Source: Fistulifera solaris
Taxonomy: Eukaryota
Assembly: GCA_030295235.1 (NCBI GenBank)
Contig: AP026172.1
Location: 372,001 to 436,000, forward strand
Reading direction: 5' to 3'
Length of the DNA: 64,000 nucleotides
The notes under the pieces are model-generated. The model searched no databases, was not told where the DNA came from, and saw only the letters and a list, made by a program, of their open reading frames with translations. How positions within the stretch are numbered: the stretch's first letter is position 1; each line of letters starts with the position of its first letter. Shown here piece by piece: positions 58,483 to 64,000 of this stretch. The position numbers were made by a program, and so were the translations under genes.

Positions 58483-61400
58483 TTACCGATCGTCGTCGAG
58501 AAGAAGTCCTCGGAGACTAGCTTCCTCTTCTCGGAGGATATCGGGTCGCAATTGATTTCGTATGGCCAGCAAGCTGAACGAGATAGCTTCGGCGACGCCA
58601 CTGGCCGGTGCTGCGATGGCCACAGGGATACCTCGAATCAGACTGCTTCCGGCCCCGGCTGCGCCACTTCGGTGATATTCGCGATACGGCACAATCACAA
58701 TACGATAGTTGGCCGTCTGCAAACCCCTCGAAAGACTCTCGAGTGCGTGCTGTGACGCATCATTGAGAGTCCTCGGTATGTGAATGGGCCGAGAAGGCAG
58801 TGTGCAACTAAAACCGCCCGTATTTAGTACAGCATGACGAGGGCTAGTAAGACTGGCAACTGTGCTAGCGAAAAACTCCGTCATTCGCGATGAAAGTGTA
58901 AATGTTTCATAAGATACAGCGTTGGTGAAGGAAGTCGTGCCCGCACGAAAAGCCCTTCCAATGCTTTCCCCGTTTTGCAATGCTTCCCAAGGGAGAGCTA
59001 CGAGATCGATCGCACTGCCTCCTACGTGCGTAATAGGTTGAAAAGGTGCGGCGTGTGTCACAAATTTGTGCAGCTGGGTGGCGCACACGTCTTGAATGTA
59101 TTGCCTTAGAAGGATCGAAATATTGGGCCCAAACCCGACTTCATTGTTGACGATAACTTCTTGAAGCGTAACAACCATCCCGTCGAGTGGACTCAAATTC
59201 ACTAGCTCTACCACAGCTCCATTCTTTAAAGCATCTGTGTTAATCTTCTCGGGTTTGTAGTCTACCTTTACTTTCAACGGGCGGACTCGAAAAGTTTTAA
59301 ACAATGGCGGAGGAAGGGCGTGCAAACCTTCCGGCAAAGGCTCATCAGCTTTGTCGGCATCACAGTCGTCACCTGGATTGAAAAAGGCCAAGGCAAACCG
59401 AATGGCTCGCTGGTCGAGCGAACATCGTAGCGGGAGTAGTTTCAGCGCAAATTCCGCTTCGTCATTGACAACATCATTTTCCGGTGTGACGCGTACTGCC
59501 GGGTGCCAACTGACCATCTGAAAGAAGCATTAGTAAACATGCAGAGCAAAATGCCAAGAAGCAAAAAGTCCTTACCTTAATAGCACCCAAGCCGTCGTTT
59601 GTATTCCGCGGATGCTCTTCATCGTTTACCCATTCGCCAATCATCTTTGTGGGCCTGTCCTTGCTGATCGTTTCAGCTACAAAGAAATCGCCTATTTTCA
59701 TATCCAGGCAAGACGCTAAGCGATGATCCGTCGAATCCTCAAAACTATCGAGTCGCAGTTGTGTCCCAGAAACCGATATCTGAATGTATTTATTTGTGCG
59801 GCGAGAAAGTCGTCGAATATCACTTTGATCTTTTAGTTTTTTGGTACGGTCTTCTGGCAATGGCAAATCATTAAAAATAGCAGATGAATTGGCTTTGTCG
59901 TCCAAAAGAGTACTCATGAGTTTGATTCTCGTCTCCTTTTCGCTATCACGATTGCGATCAGAGCTGGGTCTTTTAAATGTAGCGTCGCTCAATTCCACTT
60001 CCTTTTCGCTCCGATCTTTCGGGCTTGTACTCCCCGACAACGAAAGGGGAGCATGTTGCAATACTTCGTAACTTTTCATCCAGCATCTCAGGCCAGTCAT
60101 ATCCATCGAAACAACGGATTTTCAAAGCGAAATCATGGATTAATATCCGACTTTTCACGTAGCATTGTGAACTATTTCCGGAATATTTTGATGCACCCAT
60201 GTCACCCTCGCCCAGAGGATCTGATACGGGCTGAAGCCGAAAGTGATGGTTGATAATTGGTGGAATTTTCGAAGTTGTAGATTTACTTTGTAGAATCACT
60301 GTTCTTTCATCGTTTTCAATGAAGGGTGCTGTGAACCATCGGGCGGATTGCTCTTCGCCAGCCGGTATATCATTAACTAAGAAATCTGCATCAATGGTGG
60401 TCCAATCGTACCCATCAAGAAGGAAGTCTTTCGACCGATCATGTCTTGAATCAGTTCCAATTTGTGGTCGTAGGACACTTTGCTGTTTCAATAAACTAAG
60501 CATTGGTGTAGATAGTTCACGACCATCGTCATCATTGTCCAACTCTGTGACTGAATCTAAGAAAACTTCGTCGTCTCCAAGTGAGTTCAGACTTTTCAGT
60601 GTCCGCAACGCTTCGTCATCGATGGCACTTAATTCACGCGACATTTCGCCGATTGTGGTAAGTAATATCGAAAATGAGTCTCTACAACAAAACAGAGCGA
60701 GCTCACCGATTGTAAGACTGACGGTCGTTGATGATTCGGTTGAGGTTTTTCGGGTGTGGTTCGACAAGGAAATGACAGCATCGAGCGAACTTAATGTCAG
60801 CAGCGTGCGGAAGTTCATCTTTCGCTGTACATCGTCCGGCGAGATCTCAGCTTTTACCTGTGACTTCCATGCATCCAAAGATGTTTGCCACGATTGAAAT
60901 AGGGTGGTGCCCCCAGCATACTGCTATTTTCATAGTTGTATGGAAAGCGACTGTTGCACAGATAGATTGAGACATCACATAGGGTCACGGAGAACGACTG
61001 TGACGGTCCTCGAGGTAGCAGCATGTTTGTAGAAAAGCGTAGATCACCAAGTCGAACTATTACACGAGATGGCGTTCTGAACTTCACTGGCGAAACATAG
61101 TCCACATTACAATCGGCAAGAGAGATTCCAATTCTCGAAAGGGAAGCACCGGTACTTGATGGATGCCCACTTTCATTGTGCATGGTACTGGTGGAGTTTC
61201 CGCTAGCCGAAACGAAGATAGCCCTCAGCTTTGTCGGCCAGTGTCTTGATTCATAATCAATTCGAAGAGTCATATCGTAAAGAGTTATTTGAAAGTGGGT
61301 TTCCAACATATCATTGTTTGAGTCAGTCCTTTCAGGCAACGAGAAATCCAATAATACGCATGGACTTGCTGGTGAAATCGGTTTGAACAACTTAGAACGG

Positions 61401-64000
61401 TGAAATATCGATCGTGTAAGCGAATCCTGAGTCAAAGAGAGCCTTTTCCTAAGCAAATACGCCCGTCTTCTTATACAACCGGAGCGATCATTGATTTTCT
61501 GTTTGACAAGTTTACCAACTTGAATCGAAAAAGCATTGTAAGAGGAAAAGGGGACGTCACAGTCTTCCTAGTGACAAGAAAATTACCTTCGACAAAATTT
61601 ACATCTTGTACCAGCAAGCGTCCCTGGATCAAGTCATTTCCACAAACAACTCCGTGTAGTTTCAATCCATGTCCCATGATGACAAAGGATTGACTCAGGC
61701 TAGCGTGTGCGATTGTGTCATCGTGTACACCTAACGTGGTCGATGTGACGGATACAAGCAAAGAAGTAGAGTGAAGGCCCGCTCTACATTTCCTATTGTT
61801 TCCAGAATCAGGACCAGCAACTGAAGTCTCCGGTTTTGAGATACATCGGAAGATCGACAGCAATGTCGAAAGTTCTGTAGACGTCACGTCTCCGACAAAT
61901 TCGGGAATTTGGATACTGATGACAGTGTTACTTTTCGCCGCGTTTTCTAGCATTTCTTGTTGGGCGCCAACTTGCCGTATCCGACTACGTGAACGAGGGT
62001 CTACTCCACCTAGCTTAGAACAAAGGACACGATCTATCCTAGCATCATCATCTTCGTCCTCTTGACGATGCTTGAATGAAGAAATCGGGGGTACCATTGG
62101 GAATTCTATTTGTCCTCTTGATTGACAACGTTGACCTTCCTCATTCGAAATTTCAATACATTCTCGCCATAACTTTATGTTTACTGGGATTGTTGGTTGG
62201 ACTTCCGACCTACCGGCCGTTGTGAGGATATCGAACCTCCGACAATAGTGACCGGCACTTTTCGCATTATTTGGAAACGAAACAAACGCTATCGCATCGT
62301 CGAACCTAAGCGATAAATCTTCATCTGTAGCTACTTGCTTGCAATTTACAGCGATCAAAACATTTTTTGCGTCAATACCGACATACGTGTTGTTCGCGTT
62401 ACATGAAACCACCTCATACACACTTCGCTCAAACGAATTTTCCCAGTTTCCTGCTTTCAAAATTGGTAGCTTAAAATGAACGCTTGGACATGAAATTGAA
62501 ATTCGTAATGAAGCACCTTCTGTCTCCTGCTTCAAAGATTCTTCCTCGCCTTCGCTTTCGATTGCTTCGATGTTTTGTATAGCAGCAGCAAATTTCGACA
62601 TTCTTGGCAGGGTGTGGAGATCACATTCGTACACCAGAGGTAGCATTTCGAGATCGATATCGAGTTCCCCTTGGCATCTTTTCCGTACGTTCAGCGAAAT
62701 ACAGGGCGATTGTACTAGTATCTCTTCGTTTCTCTCCCTCAGACCATCAGAGCCACATAAAAAGGTAAATATAGGACGAATCTCTACCTTTCGAGAGACC
62801 TGAGAGTGTACCTTGCTGATCAGCGAGTCGTCAACCCCAAAATTGCCTATCACCAGTACGTGCTCCTGTGAGTTTGCAAAGATGCTCGATGTACAATCGA
62901 TATCTTTGACCGAAGCCAGTGCATAAGCTTCATCTCTTCGACCGGAATGCTCCCCGTCATTCGAGAATACGATTTTCAAACCTATCTCCGCAATGTGAAA
63001 TCGGATCGTCGCGATTAGGGCGCCAGAATGTTGGGGTGATTCATTTCGACTCAATGCTATAGAATCATGAAGCATAGCTGAATACTGATAGAAGCTCGTC
63101 TCATTGGCATCAAAAAACATATCAAACGATACTTCGTCCTTCGACCCATTCTGTGAAAAATCAGGGACCAAGACACCATTTCTCAATTCATTTCTTTCCA
63201 CTTGCTCACGCGCTGCTCGATACTGCTCCATCATCGTATTAAGAAAGTCTAAGTCTTCCGCTTCGTAGTTCGACTCCACCTCAGACTGTGACAAAGTCTC
63301 GACTTCGCGTCTGTCGTTCTGTCGAAAGTGCACCGAGTAAGTGTGAACAAATTTCCGCAAAAGGAGCAAGGAAGTTGTATCGATTGATATATTCAGTTTT
63401 TGACTCAAATTGACTTCACAGTCCGTCTCTGTCCTGTTTCCGGTGCTGGCTGACACCGAGTCGCAAGCATTCGAGCTATATTCAATAACCCGCAAGGTGA
63501 TGCGGTTGACACCTTCCAACAATACCATTGAAGCACGATACGCATCCCGTTTCGAGTTCCCCTCTCGTAAAACTTCTCCAATACAGAGAGAAGTCTTTTG
63601 AAACAGAACCGTCTTGTGAAATTTCGTTTCGTACAGCGGGGTGCCTTCGGTTGACTTCCCGACGGCGGCCGTTTGATACGAGAAACTCTGACAGCGCATT
63701 TCAACCCAAGCCTGTTTGACTCCTTCCTCATCGTTCTCCCAACACCGTATTGAAATATCTCTGATTTCGACCGATAATTCCAGTGACTTCAAAGCCGCAT
63801 CGAGGTACAGAGACAGCAAACTTTGCGTCGCAGCACTTGGAGCGACCGGAATTGTTGTTGCGGACGCAGGGACTTGTGGTTCTAGCTCCAAGAAAACACC
63901 ATCCAACTCAATTTTTGCCGCCAAAGCAATACGAGGCAAGGCTGTTCCCCAAGCCGTTCGTACTGTTTCCCACGCGGCATGATCATTGGACGCATCTTCT
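58483..64000 (-). CDS. ATG2: Autophagy lipid-transfer protein ATG2 (5' end outside the window)
   Basis: FDGYDW, LLPLRCSLDQ.A..F...FF, VKVDYKP...ELVNL.PL.G and C-terminal LIRGIPVAI..P..G..EAIS..L..IRNQL.P. Intron near 59518-59575 and frameshifts near 60070, 60890 and 61480. Confidence 0.88.

Noticed and set aside
3001..61500. Programmed ribosomal frameshifting as a genome-wide system
   Set aside because: There is no common slippery motif or direction; the breaks track homopolymers of every base, as expected for sequencing error.

Overview
This is gene-dense eukaryotic nuclear DNA with short GT-AG introns. The gene set and style suggest a pennate diatom; that assignment is inference. About 30 protein genes and one tRNA-Ala(AGC) are recognisable, mostly housekeeping (CARNMT1, ABCE1/RLI1, VPS29, an SLC38-type transporter, RAD51B, Sec1/Munc18, RNase HII, DBR1, an Obg GTPase, DNA2, a RluA-type pseudouridine synthase, NDUFAF5, CENP-C, ATG2). 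Many conserved genes are split by 1-bp indels in homopolymer runs, which look like assembly errors. The main hidden signal is a tandem pair of thioredoxin-fold SelU/PRXL2-like selenoprotein genes (14867-15634 and 16781-17555). The ORF track breaks each at an in-frame TGA that sits in the redox motif RRPG-U-PAC-RE. Each has a SECIS-like hairpin in its 3' UTR, and the first lacks the usual apical AA. Other notable items: an FkbM-like methyltransferase fused to a 2OG-Fe(II) dioxygenase, a secreted three-module polyprotein with repeated basic processing sites, a TrpF-like orphan enzyme, a LURP-one gene triplet with one truncated copy, and a strongly over-represented non-coding palindrome TACCWGGTA.
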